From Myxococcota bacterium (lineage in GTDB: Bacteria > Myxococcota_A > UBA9042 > PHBI01 > JAWLBL01): a DNA stretch of 64,000 nt. The notes below the pieces were generated by a model. That model was not told the origin of the DNA. It saw only the letters and a list, made by a program, of their open reading frames with translations, and did not search any database. The stretch's first letter is position 1. Every line of letters starts with the position of its first letter. This document shows, piece after piece, positions 18,282 to 29,183 of this stretch. The stretch covers positions 215,660 to 279,659 of the forward strand of contig JAWLBL010000003.1 of the NCBI GenBank assembly GCA_041687695.1, given 5' to 3'. The position numbers and the translations under genes are program-made.

Positions 18282-20306
18282 ATGTCCGCCCTGCGCAACA
18301 TCGGCATCCTGGCCCACATCGACGCCGGGAAGACGACGCTCACGGAGCAGCTGCTCTCGTTGACGGGCGTCGTGCGGCGCGCCGGATCGGTGGACGAGGG
18401 CACGGCGACGACCGATTGGTTGGTGCAGGAACAGCAGCGCGGGATCACCATCGGGAGCGCGGCCATCGCGTGCCGGTATCGGGACGTGGACATCACGATC
18501 GTCGACACCCCGGGTCACGTCGACTTCACGATCGAGGTCGAGCGCTCCCTGCGCGTGCTCGACGGTGCCGTCGTGGTTCTCAGCGGTCCCGATGGGGTTC
18601 AGGCCCAGACCGAGACCGTCTGGCACCAGGCCAGCCGGCGCTCGTTGCCCATGGTCGGGTTCGTGAACAAGCTCGATCGCGAGGGCTTCGACGACGAGCG
18701 CCTTCAAGCCGAGATCCGCGACCGTCTTGGCATCGAGCCCCTGCCGCTCCAGGTCCCCCTCGAGCACGGCGACGGGCGGCTTCGGATCGTCGACGTGCTG
18801 TCGGAGCGGGAGCTCGTCTGGGAGGAGACCGGGCGCAAGTCCGGAGCGCGCGCCGGTCTCGAGGGGCGACCCGACGAAGAGGGAGAGCTGCATCGACAGC
18901 TGGCGCTCGAGCGGATCGTGGACATGGCGACCCGCTTCGATGACGAGCTCGCCGAACAGATCCTGCTTGGAGCTACGCCGTCGACCGCGGCCTTCCTGCC
19001 GGGACTACGTCGGGCCGTCGAAGCCGGCGAATGCCTCCCGTTGGTCTATGGCGTGGCGCGCACGGGCGCGGGGCTCGCCCGGTTGGCCGACGCGATCGTG
19101 GATCTGCTGCCCGGTCCGGAGGCGGCGGGCGCGCAGCGGATGTTCGAACTCGAGACAGGCGCGTTGGGGCGTGTCAGCTTCGCGCCGGACGACGAGCGCA
19201 GCGTCGCGTTCGTCTTCAAGACGGAGCCGCGCCGAGGCGGGCAGCGGCTCGCCTATGCCCGCGTGTTCTCGGGCCGGCTCGAGCGCGACATGCGGCTGCT
19301 GCGGCTTCCAGGGCGGGAGTCGTATCGGATCGGCCGGATCGTGCGCGTCATGGGGGGAAGCGAGGAGCCCGTGGATTGGCTCGAGGCTGGTGAGATCGGA
19401 GGGTTGCTCCACCGATCGGACGAGCCACTGCCGCGGACCGGCGAGACCTTGGCCGGGAGCGACTACGGGTGGAGCTTCGAGCGCATCGACGCGCCGCGTC
19501 CCGTGATCGCGGTCGCGATCGAGGGCGAAGACTCCGAGGACGACGCCAAGATGCGAGCGGTCCTGCAGCTCGCGACGCATGACGATCCCTCGCTGAGTCT
19601 TCAGAGCGACCGCGGCACCGGTCAGACGTTGCTCGCAGGAATGGGGGAGCTGCACCTGGAGCTGGCGTTCGAGCGGCTTCGCGAGGAGCACGGGGTGCGC
19701 TTTCGGACCGGCCCGCCGCGGGCGAGGTTGCGGCGCATCGTCCGCACGGCCGCGGAGGGCGTGGGCACGGACATCGGCGAGATGACCGGCGCCCGGGTCG
19801 AGGTCGGGATCGGGCTGAGCCCGATCGCGCGGGGGCTCGGGGAGGTCGTTCGGTATCAGGGGCAACCGCCGCGGCGGCGCGAGTGGCGCGAGGCGCTCGA
19901 GGCTGGTCTGATCGAGGGTTTGGGCGTCGGGGGCTCCGATCAGATCGTCGGCGTCGAGATCACGGTCACGGATCTGGTCGTGGCGGGCGCCGAACCAGCG
20001 CCCGTCGCCTTCAGAAACGCGGCCTTACGGGCGGTCTCGGTGGCGGTCGACGGCGCAGGAGCGGTCGCCGCGGAGCCCTGGATGGTCCTGAACGTAGTCG
20101 TCCCCGACGAGCACGTCGGGCGGGTCGCGGGAGACCTGGCGCGGCGCCGGGCGCGGATCCGAGGCAGCGAGAGCCGTGGCGCGCAGCAGGTGATCGCGGC
20201 CGAGGCGCCGCTGGCCGAGCTCATCGGGTACGCCACGGCGCTCCGGTCGCTCACGGCCGGGCGCGGCGTGTTCACCATGGAGCCCGCAGGCTACGAGCCG
20301 GCGTGA
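18282..20306 (+). CDS. fusA: Divergent elongation factor G paralog (EF-G2/spdEFG2-like)
   Basis: AHIDAGKTT, RGITI, DTPGHVDF, NKLD, GMGELHLE and domain V GYATALRSLTAGRG are present; G5 and domain IV loops are degenerate. Confidence 0.85.
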   Translation: MSALRNIGILAHIDAGKTTLTEQLLSLTGVVRRAGSVDEGTATTDWLVQEQQRGITIGSAAIACRYRDVDITIVDTPGHVDFTIEVERSLRVLDGAVVVLSGPDGVQAQTETVWHQASRRSLPMVGFVNKLDREGFDDERLQAEIRDRLGIEPLPLQVPLEHGDGRLRIVDVLSERELVWEETGRKSGARAGLEGRPDEEGELHRQLALERIVDMATRFDDELAEQILLGATPSTAAFLPGLRRAVEAGECLPLVYGVARTGAGLARLADAIVDLLPGPEAAGAQRMFELETGALGRVSFAPDDERSVAFVFKTEPRRGGQRLAYARVFSGRLERDMRLLRLPGRESYRIGRIVRVMGGSEEPVDWLEAGEIGGLLHRSDEPLPRTGETLAGSDYGWSFERIDAPRPVIAVAIEGEDSEDDAKMRAVLQLATHDDPSLSLQSDRGTGQTLLAGMGELHLELAFERLREEHGVRFRTGPPRARLRRIVRTAAEGVGTDIGEMTGARVEVGIGLSPIARGLGEVVRYQGQPPRRREWREALEAGLIEGLGVGGSDQIVGVEITVTDLVVAGAEPAPVAFRNAALRAVSVAVDGAGAVAAEPWMVLNVVVPDEHVGRVAGDLARRRARIRGSESRGAQQVIAAEAPLAELIGYATALRSLTAGRGVFTMEPAGYEPA

Positions 20307-20332
20307 TCGGCAGGGCCACCATAGAATAGACG

Positions 20333-20361
20333 TTGACATCGCCCCGGGGCGCTTATAGAAC
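20333..20361 (+). promoter_or_regulatory. Putative sigma70 promoter for rpsJ
   Basis: TTGACA-N17-TAGAAC. Confidence 0.6.
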
Positions 20362-20424
20362 CATGCGCCTCGTCGTCGCGGCCCCATCGTGGCGCCACGA
20401 CGCAGGCGTACCGGAGACCCGAAG

Positions 20425-20730
20425 ATGGCTCAGAGAATTCGGATCCGCCTCAAGGCGTACGATTACAAGCTCCTGGATCAGTCCGCGAGCGAGATCATCG
20501 AGACCGTGCTGCGCACGGGCGCCAAGACGGCCGGACCCGTCCCGCTCCCGACCCGGATCAACCGCTACACGGTGCTCCGCGGTCCGCACATCGACAAGAA
20601 GAGCCGCGAGCAGTTCGAGATCCGCACGCACAAGCGTCTGCTCGACATCCTCGAGCCCACGCAGGCGACGCTCGACGCGCTCATGAAGCTCGATCTGTCC
20701 GCGGGCGTGGACGTCGAGATCAAGACCTGA
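20425..20730 (+). CDS. rpsJ: 30S ribosomal protein S10
   Basis: [33 protein letters not shown]. Confidence 0.99.
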   Translation: MAQRIRIRLKAYDYKLLDQSASEIIETVLRTGAKTAGPVPLPTRINRYTVLRGPHIDKKSREQFEIRTHKRLLDILEPTQATLDALMKLDLSAGVDVEIKT

Positions 20731-20966
20731 TCGCCCTGTAGCAACCTCTAGACCTCTAAGGGTCCTCAACAGCTCGCTGTGGGACCCACCGCCGGACGAA
20801 GGACGTCCCACCCGGTTCGTGGACGCACCCGTCAGGCCACACGCTCCCCCGATCGGCAACCGCCTGGGCGGCGCGTGATTCTCAGACGAATCGGACTTGG
20901 CCGGCCTCCAGCGCCGGCGGGAACCCGTGCGCGGAACACGCTTTACGCGACCCCGCACGTGCCCGC

Positions 20967-20995
20967 TTGACGCGCTCGGAGCCCGGTGGTAGCAG
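20967..20995 (+). promoter_or_regulatory. Putative promoter directly upstream of rplD
   Basis: TTGACG-N17-TAGCAG with a TG extension. Confidence 0.4.
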
Positions 20996-21049
20996 GCGGA
21001 CCCTTCGCCGCGACCGCGGCCAAGGATCGACCTTCAGGAGCTTACGGCC

Positions 21050-21670
21050 ATGCCAGTGGTGGATGTCTTCAACCTGGACCGACAGAAGGTCGGCACCCTC
21101 GAGCTGAGCGACGGGGTGTTCGATGTCGAGGTCCGCGACCACCTGTTCCACGAAGTCGTCCGAGCCCAGCTCGCCGCTCGCCGCTCGGGCACGGCGCACA
21201 CCAAGGGACGCAGCCAGGTGAAGGGCTCGCGCAAGAAGGTGTGGCGCCAGAAGGGCACGGGCCGCGCGCGTCAGGGCGATCGCAACGCCCCGCACTGGGT
21301 CGGTGGCGGCGTGGTGCACGGCCCCAAGCCGCGCTCGTACGAGCACAAGGTCAACAAGAAGACGCGTCGCGCCGCCCTGTGCGCCGCGCTGTCGCGTCGT
21401 CAGCAGGAAGGTCGCCTCTTCGTGGTCGACAGCTTCCAGCTGCCCGAGATCAAGACGCGCCAGGTCGCCAGTGTGCTGAAGACGTTCGAGGCCCCCAAGG
21501 CCCTCGTCATCGACACCGACAACACCAACCTGGACCGCAGCGCCCGCAACCTCGCGACGTCGCAGTACCTGCCCGTCGCCGGCCTGAACGTCTACGACAT
21601 CCTGCGTCACGACGTCGTGCTGGTGACCCAGGACGCCGCGCGCGCCATCGAAGCGAGGCTCACGAAATGA
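21050..21670 (+). CDS. rplD: 50S ribosomal protein L4
   Basis: GTAHTKGRSQV, WRQKGTGRARQG, GGGVVHGPKPR. Confidence 0.98.
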   Translation: MPVVDVFNLDRQKVGTLELSDGVFDVEVRDHLFHEVVRAQLAARRSGTAHTKGRSQVKGSRKKVWRQKGTGRARQGDRNAPHWVGGGVVHGPKPRSYEHKVNKKTRRAALCAALSRRQQEGRLFVVDSFQLPEIKTRQVASVLKTFEAPKALVIDTDNTNLDRSARNLATSQYLPVAGLNVYDILRHDVVLVTQDAARAIEARLTK

Positions 21671-21960
21671 GCGAGAGCATCTTCAGCGTCATCAAGCGCC
21701 CGGTGGTCACCGAGAAGACCAATGGTCTCCGCGAGGAGATGAACCAGTACGTCTTCGAGGTCAACCGGGACGCCAACAAGATTCAGGTGCGCGAGGCCGT
21801 CGAGAAGATCTTCGGCGTCCGCGTGGTCGACGTCCGCACGTCCGTGGTCCGCGGCAAGGTCAAGCGGACCCGCCGTGGCTTCGGCAAGGAGTCGAACTGG
21901 AAGCGGGCCGTGGTGACCCTGCGGGACGGCGACACGATCGCGCTGTTCGAGGGCGTGTAA
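21667..21960 (+). CDS. rplW: 50S ribosomal protein L23
   Basis: [35 protein letters not shown] overlap with rplD. Confidence 0.97.
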   Translation: MSESIFSVIKRPVVTEKTNGLREEMNQYVFEVNRDANKIQVREAVEKIFGVRVVDVRTSVVRGKVKRTRRGFGKESNWKRAVVTLRDGDTIALFEGV

Positions 21961-21973
21961 GGGAGGGGCGACG

Positions 21974-22801
21974 ATGGGCATCAAGCGATACAAGCCGACG
22001 AGCGCCGGACGCCGCGGCATGACGGTCTCCGGGTTCGACGAGATCACCAAGACCGAGCCCGAGAAGAGCCTCCTGGCGCCGCTGAAGAAGTCGGGCGGGC
22101 GTAACAACCGTGGCCGCGTCACGGCTCGGCACATCGGCGGCGGCCACAAGCGCCGCTACCGGCTGATCGACTTCAAGCGGAACAAGGTCGGCGTCCCCGC
22201 CCGCGTGGCGGCGGTCGAGTACGACCCGAACCGCGGTGCGCGGCTCGCGCTGCTGCACTACGCGGACGGCGAGAAGTCGTACATCCTGTGCCCCGACGGC
22301 CTCAAGGTCGGCGACCAGGTCATCTCCAGCCGGAACGCGGACATCAAGCCGGGCAACAGCCTCCCGCTCGAGGTGATCCCGACCGGTACGATCGTCCACA
22401 ACATCGAGCTTCGCCCGCGCAAGGGCGGGCAGCTGGCGCGCGGCGCCGGCTGCGGCGCGCAGCTGATGGCCAAGGAGGGCAAGTACGCCCTGCTTCGGCT
22501 CCCTTCGGGCGAGCTGCGGCGCGTCCTGGGGACCTGCCGCGCGACCGTCGGCACCGTGGGCAACGCGGATCGGCAGAACATCCTGTGGGGCAAGGCGGGC
22601 AAGACCCGCTGGCTCGGCAAGCGCCCGAAGGTCCGCGGCGTCGCGATGAACCCGGTCGATCACCCCCACGGCGGTGGCGAAGGCCGCACCTCGGGTGGTC
22701 GTCACCCGGTGACGCCGTGGGGCATCCCGACCAAGGGCAAGAAGACCCGGAACAACAAGGCGACCGATCGCTGGATCGTCCGTCGCCGCAACGTGAAGTA
22801 A
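21974..22801 (+). CDS. rplB: 50S ribosomal protein L2
   Basis: [29 protein letters not shown]. Confidence 0.99.
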   Translation: MGIKRYKPTSAGRRGMTVSGFDEITKTEPEKSLLAPLKKSGGRNNRGRVTARHIGGGHKRRYRLIDFKRNKVGVPARVAAVEYDPNRGARLALLHYADGEKSYILCPDGLKVGDQVISSRNADIKPGNSLPLEVIPTGTIVHNIELRPRKGGQLARGAGCGAQLMAKEGKYALLRLPSGELRRVLGTCRATVGTVGNADRQNILWGKAGKTRWLGKRPKVRGVAMNPVDHPHGGGEGRTSGGRHPVTPWGIPTKGKKTRNNKATDRWIVRRRNVK

Positions 22802-22813
22802 CGAGGTAGAGCC

Positions 22814-23098
22814 GTGCCACGCTCCATCAAGAAGGGTCCGTTCATCGACGACCACCTGAGCAAGAAGGTCGACGAGTGCGTCCGGACCGGGAACAAGAAG
22901 GTCATCAAGACCTGGAGCCGCCGCTCCACCATCGTTCCGGAGATGGTCGGGATGACGATGGCCGTCCACAACGGCCGTAAGTTCCTGCCCGTCTTCATCA
23001 CCGAGAACATGGTCGGCCACAAGCTCGGGGAGTTCGCGCCGACGCGCACCTTCCACGGGCATGCAGCCGACAAGAAGGCCAAGGTCCGCGGCCGGTAG
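22814..23098 (+). CDS. rpsS: 30S ribosomal protein S19
   Basis: [23 protein letters not shown]. Confidence 0.99.
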   Translation: MPRSIKKGPFIDDHLSKKVDECVRTGNKKVIKTWSRRSTIVPEMVGMTMAVHNGRKFLPVFITENMVGHKLGEFAPTRTFHGHAADKKAKVRGR

Positions 23099-23115
23099 GC
23101 TCGAGGGAGTACGTC

Positions 23116-23451
23116 ATGGAAGCCAAAGCGACCCTGCGCTATCTGCGCATGACGCCCCGGAAGGTGCGCGTGGTGCTCGACGCGATCCGCGATCAGAGCG
23201 TCGAGCTGGCCCTCGCCCAGCTCCGGTTCACCAACCGCCGCGCTGCTCGAACGGTCCACAAGCTGCTCGAGTCGGCCGTGGCCAACGCCAACCAGGCGTT
23301 CGGCGGCGAGGCGCCCGGGCTGTACGTCAAGGCGGCCTACGCCGACGAGGGGCCGACCCTGCGCCGGTTCCTGCCCCGCGCGATGGGCCGGGCCACCCGC
23401 ATCAACAAGAAGACCAGCCACGTCACCGTGGTTGTCGCCGAGCGCGAGTAG
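23116..23451 (+). CDS. rplV: 50S ribosomal protein L22
   Basis: PRKVR, SAVANA, PRAMGRA, KKTSHVTV. Confidence 0.98.
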   Translation: MEAKATLRYLRMTPRKVRVVLDAIRDQSVELALAQLRFTNRRAARTVHKLLESAVANANQAFGGEAPGLYVKAAYADEGPTLRRFLPRAMGRATRINKKTSHVTVVVAERE

Positions 23452-23460
23452 GAGAGGACC

Positions 23461-24129
23461 GTGGGGCAGAAGGTCAAGCCGATTGGTTTCCGCATCGGCG
23501 TCACGAAGACGTGGAACTCGAAGTGGTACGCCGAGAAGAACTACGCCAAGTGGCTTCATGAAGACCTGAAGATCAAGGACTTCATCAAGCAGAAGATGAG
23601 CCACGCCGGCATCAGCCGCGTGGACATCGAGCGCTCGTCGATGAAGTGCACGGTCAACGTCCACACGGCGCGACCGGGCATCATCATCGGCAAGAAGGGG
23701 CAGGGCGCCGAGCAGCTCAAGAACGACGTTCAGAAGCTGACGGAGTCCAAGGTCTACCTGAACATCCACGAGGTCCGGAAGGCCGAGACCGACGCCCAGC
23801 TGGTCGCCGAGAACGTCGCGACCCAGCTCGAGCGCCGCGTGTCCTTCCGCCGCGCCATGAAGAAGGCCGTCCAGACGGCGATGAAGTTCGGGGCCAAGGG
23901 CATCCGACTGAACGCCTCGGGCCGGCTCGGTGGCGCCGAGATGTCCCGCCGTGAGTGGTACCGCGAGGGCCGCGTGCCGCTGCACACTCTGCGCGCCGAC
24001 ATCGACTACGGCTACGCCATCGCGAAGACGACGTACGGCGTCATCGGCGTCCAGGTCTGGATCTACAAGGGCGACGTGCTCAAGGAGCGGCGCGCCGCTG
24101 CCGCCAGCACCGCCGCGCCGCGGCGCTGA
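23461..24129 (+). CDS. rpsC: 30S ribosomal protein S3
   Basis: [26 protein letters not shown]. Confidence 0.99.
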   Translation: MGQKVKPIGFRIGVTKTWNSKWYAEKNYAKWLHEDLKIKDFIKQKMSHAGISRVDIERSSMKCTVNVHTARPGIIIGKKGQGAEQLKNDVQKLTESKVYLNIHEVRKAETDAQLVAENVATQLERRVSFRRAMKKAVQTAMKFGAKGIRLNASGRLGGAEMSRREWYREGRVPLHTLRADIDYGYAIAKTTYGVIGVQVWIYKGDVLKERRAAAASTAAPRR

Positions 24130-24159
24130 TCGCGCCTAGCAAGTCGAGGAGAAGGACAC

Positions 24160-24579
24160 ATGCTGGCACCTAAGCGAGTCAAGTTCCGCAAGGCCTTCAA
24201 GGGGCGCATGCGGGGCAACGCCCAGCGCGGAAACAACGTCGACTTCGGCACCTTCGGCCTGCAGGCCGTCGAGCGTGGCTGGATGACGTCGCGTCAGATC
24301 GAGGCCGCTCGTATCGCGATGACGCGTCACATCAAGCGCGGTGGCCAGATCTGGATCCGCGTCTTCCCGGACAAGCCGATCACGAAGAAGCCCGCCGAGA
24401 CCCGAATGGGTAAGGGAAAGGGCTCGCCGGATCACTGGGTGGCGGTCGTGCTGCCCGGGCGCGTGCTTTACGAGATGGAGGGTGTGGACGAGGCGACGGC
24501 GCGCGAGGCGTTCCGTCTGGCCGCCCACAAGCTGCCCTTCAAGACTCGCGTTCTGAAGAAGGATGAGGTGACGGCATGA
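24160..24579 (+). CDS. rplP: 50S ribosomal protein L16
   Basis: [20 protein letters not shown]. Confidence 0.99.
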   Translation: MLAPKRVKFRKAFKGRMRGNAQRGNNVDFGTFGLQAVERGWMTSRQIEAARIAMTRHIKRGGQIWIRVFPDKPITKKPAETRMGKGKGSPDHWVAVVLPGRVLYEMEGVDEATAREAFRLAAHKLPFKTRVLKKDEVTA

Positions 24580-24788
24580 AGGGCCAGGACTTCAGGACGC
24601 TCGGCGTCGAGGATCTGCGCGCGAAGGTCAAGTCCCTTCGCGAGGACCTGTTCCGGGTGAAGTTCCAGAACGCCACGGCGCAGCTCAGCGACAGCTCCCA
24701 GATCGGCAAGACGCGCAAGGACCTCGCGCGCGCGCTCACCATCCTGGGCGAGCTCGAGCGGGGCCAGACCTCGACGCAGGAAGGGTAG
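24576..24788 (+). CDS. rpmC: 50S ribosomal protein L29
   Basis: [24 protein letters not shown]; synteny. Confidence 0.95.
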   Translation: MKGQDFRTLGVEDLRAKVKSLREDLFRVKFQNATAQLSDSSQIGKTRKDLARALTILGELERGQTSTQEG

Positions 24789-24792
24789 GACG

Positions 24793-25050
24793 ATGACTGA
24801 GCGCGGTAACAAGAAGACGCTGATCGGTCTCGTGGCCAGCGACAAGATGAGCAAGACCATCGTCGTCGAGGTCACGCGTAAGACGATGCACCCCATCTAT
24901 CACAAGTACATCACCCGTCGTAAGCGCTACAAGGCGCACGACGAGAACGACGATTGCCGCATCGGCGACCGCGTCCTCATCGAGGAGTGCCGTCCGCTGA
25001 GCCGCGACAAGCGTTGGCGGCTCAAGCAGATTCTGGAGCGTGCGGTCTAG
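24793..25050 (+). CDS. rpsQ: 30S ribosomal protein S17
   Basis: [26 protein letters not shown]. Confidence 0.98.
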   Translation: MTERGNKKTLIGLVASDKMSKTIVVEVTRKTMHPIYHKYITRRKRYKAHDENDDCRIGDRVLIEECRPLSRDKRWRLKQILERAV

Positions 25051-25098
25051 GCGCTCGTCGCCTTCCGAACCCAGCTCGAAAGTCGAGGAGGATTCAGC

Positions 25099-25467
25099 AT
25101 GATCCAGATGCAATCGATCCTGGTCGCGGCCGACAACTCAGGGGCCAAGCGACTGCAGTGCATCAAGGTCCTGGGCGGCTCCAAGCGGAAGTACGCCTCG
25201 ATCGGCGACATCATCGTCGTGTCGGTCAAGGAAGCCCTGCCGAAGTCACGCGTCAAGAAGAAGGACGTCGTGAAGGCGGTCATCGTCCGCACGCGCAAGG
25301 AGATCGCGCGGCCGGACGGGTCGAGCATCCGCTTCGACGAGAACGCGGCCGTTCTCATCAACAACGCCGGCGAGCCGATCGGCACTCGTATCTTCGGGCC
25401 CGTGGCGCGCGAGCTTCGCGCCAAGCGCTTCATGAAGATCGTCTCGCTCGCTCCTGAAGTTCTGTAG
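25099..25467 (+). CDS. rplN: 50S ribosomal protein L14
   Basis: [26 protein letters not shown]. Confidence 0.99.
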   Translation: MIQMQSILVAADNSGAKRLQCIKVLGGSKRKYASIGDIIVVSVKEALPKSRVKKKDVVKAVIVRTRKEIARPDGSSIRFDENAAVLINNAGEPIGTRIFGPVARELRAKRFMKIVSLAPEVL

Positions 25468-25477
25468 GAGTCGCGCC

Positions 25478-25786
25478 ATGAACCGCATTCGCAAGGGCGA
25501 CACGGTCCGCGTCATCGCGGGCAAGGAACGCGGCAAGGAAGGCAAGGTCATCGGGTTCACCCATGACGGCCAGCGCGTCCTCGTCGAGAAGCTGAACATC
25601 GTCAAGCGCCATACCCGGCCCACCCAAACCAACCAGATGGGCGGCATCGTCGAGAAGGAAGCCGGGATCCACATCAGCAACGTCATGCCCCTCACGCCGA
25701 GCGGCCAGCCGACGCGCGTCCAGTTCGTGGAACGCGACGGCAAGAAGGTCCGCTTCAGCAAGAAGCATGACGAGATCCTGGACTAA
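25478..25786 (+). CDS. rplX: 50S ribosomal protein L24
   Basis: [28 protein letters not shown]. Confidence 0.98.
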   Translation: MNRIRKGDTVRVIAGKERGKEGKVIGFTHDGQRVLVEKLNIVKRHTRPTQTNQMGGIVEKEAGIHISNVMPLTPSGQPTRVQFVERDGKKVRFSKKHDEILD

Positions 25787-25798
25787 GGGAGCGTCGCC

Positions 25799-26338
25799 AT
25801 GGCTCGGCTGAAAGAGTTCTACAACGCTGAAGTCACCAAGCAGCTGATGTCGGAGTTCGCCTACACGAACCCGATGCAGGTGCCGAAGCTCCAGAAGATC
25901 TCCGTGAACATGGGTCTCGGTGAGGCGGTGCAGAACGCCAAGATCATCGACGGCGCCCTCGCGGAGCTTGCGCTCATCACCGGTCAGAAGCCGGTGATCA
26001 CGCGCGCCCGCAAGGCCATCGCGGGCTTCAAGCTGCGCCAGGGGATGCCGATCGGCGTCGCCGTGACGCTGCGCCGCGAGCGGATGTACGAGTTCCTCGA
26101 CCGCCTCATCAACGTGGCGCTGCCTCGCGTGCGTGACTTCAAGGGCGTGTCGCCCAAGGGGTTCGATGGGCGGGGCAACTACTCGATGGGCATCCGCGAG
26201 CAGATCATCTTCCCCGAGATCAACTACGACACGGTCGACAAGGTGAAGGGTCTCAACATCACCATGGTCACGACCGCGCGGACGGATGACGAGGCGCGTC
26301 GTCTGCTGTCGCACTTCGGCATGCCGTTTCGGAAGTAG
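25799..26338 (+). CDS. rplE: 50S ribosomal protein L5
   Basis: [28 protein letters not shown]. Confidence 0.99.
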   Translation: MARLKEFYNAEVTKQLMSEFAYTNPMQVPKLQKISVNMGLGEAVQNAKIIDGALAELALITGQKPVITRARKAIAGFKLRQGMPIGVAVTLRRERMYEFLDRLINVALPRVRDFKGVSPKGFDGRGNYSMGIREQIIFPEINYDTVDKVKGLNITMVTTARTDDEARRLLSHFGMPFRK

Positions 26339-26349
26339 GAGACACAGCG

Positions 26350-26535
26350 GTGGCTAAGACCTCCCAGAGAGTCCGGGCCCAGCGGCCCGCCAAGTTCAAA
26401 GTTCGCCAGCACAATCGTTGCCCGCGTTGCGGCCGCCCCCGTGCGTACTACCGGAAATTCGCCCTGTGCCGCGTCTGCTTCCGTGACCTGGCGCTCGCGG
26501 GCGAGATCCCCGGCGTGACCAAGGCGAGCTGGTAG
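26350..26535 (+). CDS. rpsN: 30S ribosomal protein S14 type Z
   Basis: 61 aa with CPRC...CRVC zinc motif, PGVTKASW. Confidence 0.98.
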   Translation: MAKTSQRVRAQRPAKFKVRQHNRCPRCGRPRAYYRKFALCRVCFRDLALAGEIPGVTKASW

Positions 26536-26546
26536 GAGGACCCGAC

Positions 26547-26945
26547 ATGTCCATGACCGATCCCATCAGCGATCTGCTGACCCGCATCCGCAACGCGCAA
26601 CAGTCGCGCAAGGAGCTGGTGCTGGCGCCCGCCTCGCGTATCAAGGAGGCCATCGTCGGCATCCTGAAGCAGGAGGGCTACATCTCGGACTTTCGACGGG
26701 TCGAGGGGGCTCCCCAGGACCAGATCGAGATCACGCTGAAGTACGGCCCGGACGGGCGGGGTGCCATCGCCGGCCTGCGCCGCGAGAGCAAGCCTGGGCG
26801 CCGGGTCTACGTCGGCACCGAGGACATCCCGCGCGTGCGCCACGGACTGGGCGTCGCGATCGTGAGCACCTCGCAGGGTGTGCTGGCCGATCACAGCGCG
26901 CGGAAAAAGCGCGTCGGCGGCGAGCTCATCTGCACGGTGTGGTGA
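26547..26945 (+). CDS. rpsH: 30S ribosomal protein S8
   Basis: TDPISDLLTRIRNA, SKPGRRVY, GGELICTVW. Confidence 0.99.
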   Translation: MSMTDPISDLLTRIRNAQQSRKELVLAPASRIKEAIVGILKQEGYISDFRRVEGAPQDQIEITLKYGPDGRGAIAGLRRESKPGRRVYVGTEDIPRVRHGLGVAIVSTSQGVLADHSARKKRVGGELICTVW

Positions 26946-27019
26946 TAGGGAACCGGGACCGCCCCGCGTGATGCAAGGGAGGCCGGCTGGGTGCCGGCCT
27001 CACCGCAAGGAGAAGAGCC

Positions 27020-27553
27020 GTGTCGCGTATCGGAAAAGCGCCAGTGAGCGTCCCCGACAAGGTGGACGTCAAGGTCGACGGCAACCACGTCGCGGTGAAG
27101 GGCCCGCTCGGCAACATCGAGCGCCGCTTCAAGGGCGTGAACATCGCCCTCGACGGCCAGCAAGTGAAGGTGACGCCGGTCGACGAGAGCCGCACGAACC
27201 GTGCGCTCTGGGGGCTGAGCCGCACCCTCATCCAGAACATGGTGAGCGGCGTGTCGCAGGGCTTCACCCGCGTCCTCGAGATCAACGGCGTCGGTTACCG
27301 CGCCGAGGTCAAGGGGACGACGCTGGTGCTGACCCTGGGTCACAGCCACCCGATCAACTTCGAGCTTCCCCAGGGCATCAAGGCCGAGGTCGAGAAGCAG
27401 ACCACGGTCAAGCTCAGCGGGGTGGACAAGGAGCTGCTCGGTCAGACGGCCGCCAAGATCCGGTCGTTCCGTCCGCCGGAGCCCTACAAGGGCAAGGGCG
27501 TCAAGTACAAGGAAGAGACGATTCGCCGCAAGGCGGGCAAGGCGGCCAAGTAG
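27020..27553 (+). CDS. rplF: 50S ribosomal protein L6
   Basis: SRIGKAP, GVGYRA, RPPEPYKGKG. Confidence 0.99.
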   Translation: MSRIGKAPVSVPDKVDVKVDGNHVAVKGPLGNIERRFKGVNIALDGQQVKVTPVDESRTNRALWGLSRTLIQNMVSGVSQGFTRVLEINGVGYRAEVKGTTLVLTLGHSHPINFELPQGIKAEVEKQTTVKLSGVDKELLGQTAAKIRSFRPPEPYKGKGVKYKEETIRRKAGKAAK

Positions 27554-27586
27554 GCCATTAGGCCCGAGGCAGACGAGGTGGGTGCA

Positions 27587-27952
27587 ATGAGCCGGAACGC
27601 GAAGGTCGAGGCGCGCGAGCGCCGCAAGAAGAGCATCCGGAAGAAGGTCAACGGGACCTCCGAGCGTCCTCGGATGACCGTCTTCAAGTCGAACAAGCAC
27701 ATCTACGTGCAGGTCGTCGACGACGTCGCCGGCCGGACCCTGGCGGCGGCCTCGACCCTGAGCCCGGAGATCCGCGACGGCCTGGGCGACCTCAAGAAGG
27801 TCGACGCGGCGCGCAAGGTGGGCGAGCTGGCGGCGCGGCGGTGCAAGGAGGCGAACATCGACAAGGTCGTGTTCGACCGAAACGGCTTCATCTACACCGG
27901 CCGGATCGCCGCGATCGCAGACGCGGCTCGCGAAGGCGGCCTGCAGTTCTAG
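27587..27952 (+). CDS. rplR: 50S ribosomal protein L18
   Basis: [31 protein letters not shown]. Confidence 0.98.
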   Translation: MSRNAKVEARERRKKSIRKKVNGTSERPRMTVFKSNKHIYVQVVDDVAGRTLAAASTLSPEIRDGLGDLKKVDAARKVGELAARRCKEANIDKVVFDRNGFIYTGRIAAIADAAREGGLQF

Positions 27953-27986
27953 CCCCAGAACATTCGAGAATCCGAAGGAGCGCGCC

Positions 27987-28526
27987 GTGGTGCGAGACCG
28001 GGAAAGGCGTGATCGCCGAGACGAAGACAGCGACCTCATCGACAAGGTCGTTCACATCAACCGCGTGGCCAAGGTCGTCAAGGGCGGCCGTCGCTTCAGC
28101 TTCTCGGCCCTGGTCGTCGTCGGCGACGGGCAGGGGCGCGTCGGTGCGGCGCTCGGCAAGGCCAACGAGGTCCCCGAGGCCATCCGCAAGGGCAAGGAGC
28201 GGGCGATCAAGTCGATGATCCGCGTTCCGATCGTGAACCACACGATCCCGCACGAGAGCGTCGGCCACGTCGGCGCCGGCAAGGTGCTGCTGAAGCCGGC
28301 CAGTGAAGGTACCGGAGTCATCGCCGGTGGCGCGGTTCGCGCCATCATCGAGGCCGCGGGCGTTCACAACGTGCTGACCAAGTGCATCGGCACGAACAAC
28401 CCGCACAACGTGATCCACGCCACGATGAACGCGCTGCGGAATCTGGTCAGCCCGCAGGAGGTTGCAACGCGGCGCGGCCTGCCGGTCGACGACATCGTCG
28501 CCCGACACACTGGGAGGAACGCATGA
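27987..28526 (+). CDS. rpsE: 30S ribosomal protein S5
   Basis: [23 protein letters not shown]. Confidence 0.99.
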   Translation: MVRDRERRDRRDEDSDLIDKVVHINRVAKVVKGGRRFSFSALVVVGDGQGRVGAALGKANEVPEAIRKGKERAIKSMIRVPIVNHTIPHESVGHVGAGKVLLKPASEGTGVIAGGAVRAIIEAAGVHNVLTKCIGTNNPHNVIHATMNALRNLVSPQEVATRRGLPVDDIVARHTGRNA

Positions 28527-28705
28527 GCGCCAAGGTTCGCGTCACGCTGGTGCGTAGCCGCATCAAGGCGAACGAGCGCCAGGACAAGGTCCTCATCGGC
28601 CTTGGCCTGCGGAAGATGAACTCCAGCCGTGAGCTCGAGGACACCCCGGCCGTTCGGGGCATGATCCGGAAGGTCGCTCACCTGGTCCGCGTGGAGACCG
28701 CCTGA
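28523..28705 (+). CDS. rpmD: 50S ribosomal protein L30
   Basis: [32 protein letters not shown]. Confidence 0.97.
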   Translation: MSAKVRVTLVRSRIKANERQDKVLIGLGLRKMNSSRELEDTPAVRGMIRKVAHLVRVETA

Positions 28706-28736
28706 GCGCGGATCCGGCAGCTACGAGGAACGAGAC

Positions 28737-29183
28737 ATGAACGAACTGTCCCAGCTGGCGCCGCCCCAAGGCGCTCGGAAGACCAAGAAGCGCGTCGGTC
28801 GTGGGCCGGGGTCGGGCAGCGGCAAGACCGCCAGCCGCGGTCAGAAGGGCCAGAAGGCGCGCGCCGCCTCCAAGAAGCCGATCGGCTTCGAGGGCGGCCA
28901 GATGCCGCTGCAGCGCCGGGTTCCCAAGCGCGGGTTCACGCCTCTCGACCGGAAGGTGTGGGCCATCGTGAACATCGTCGACCTCGATCACCTCGAGGAC
29001 GGGACCGAGGTCACGCCCGAGCTGCTGGCGAGCGAGGGGCTCATCCGTCGCGCGAGCGACGCGGTGAAGATCCTCGGTGACGGCGAGCTCAGCCGCAAGC
29101 TCTCCGTGCGGGCCCACAAGTTCTCGCAGGCGGCGCGCGAGAAGATCGAGGGCCGTGGCGGCTCGGTGATGGTGATCGAGTGA
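28737..29183 (+). CDS. rplO: 50S ribosomal protein L15
   Basis: [31 protein letters not shown]. Confidence 0.99.
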   Translation: MNELSQLAPPQGARKTKKRVGRGPGSGSGKTASRGQKGQKARAASKKPIGFEGGQMPLQRRVPKRGFTPLDRKVWAIVNIVDLDHLEDGTEVTPELLASEGLIRRASDAVKILGDGELSRKLSVRAHKFSQAAREKIEGRGGSVMVIE

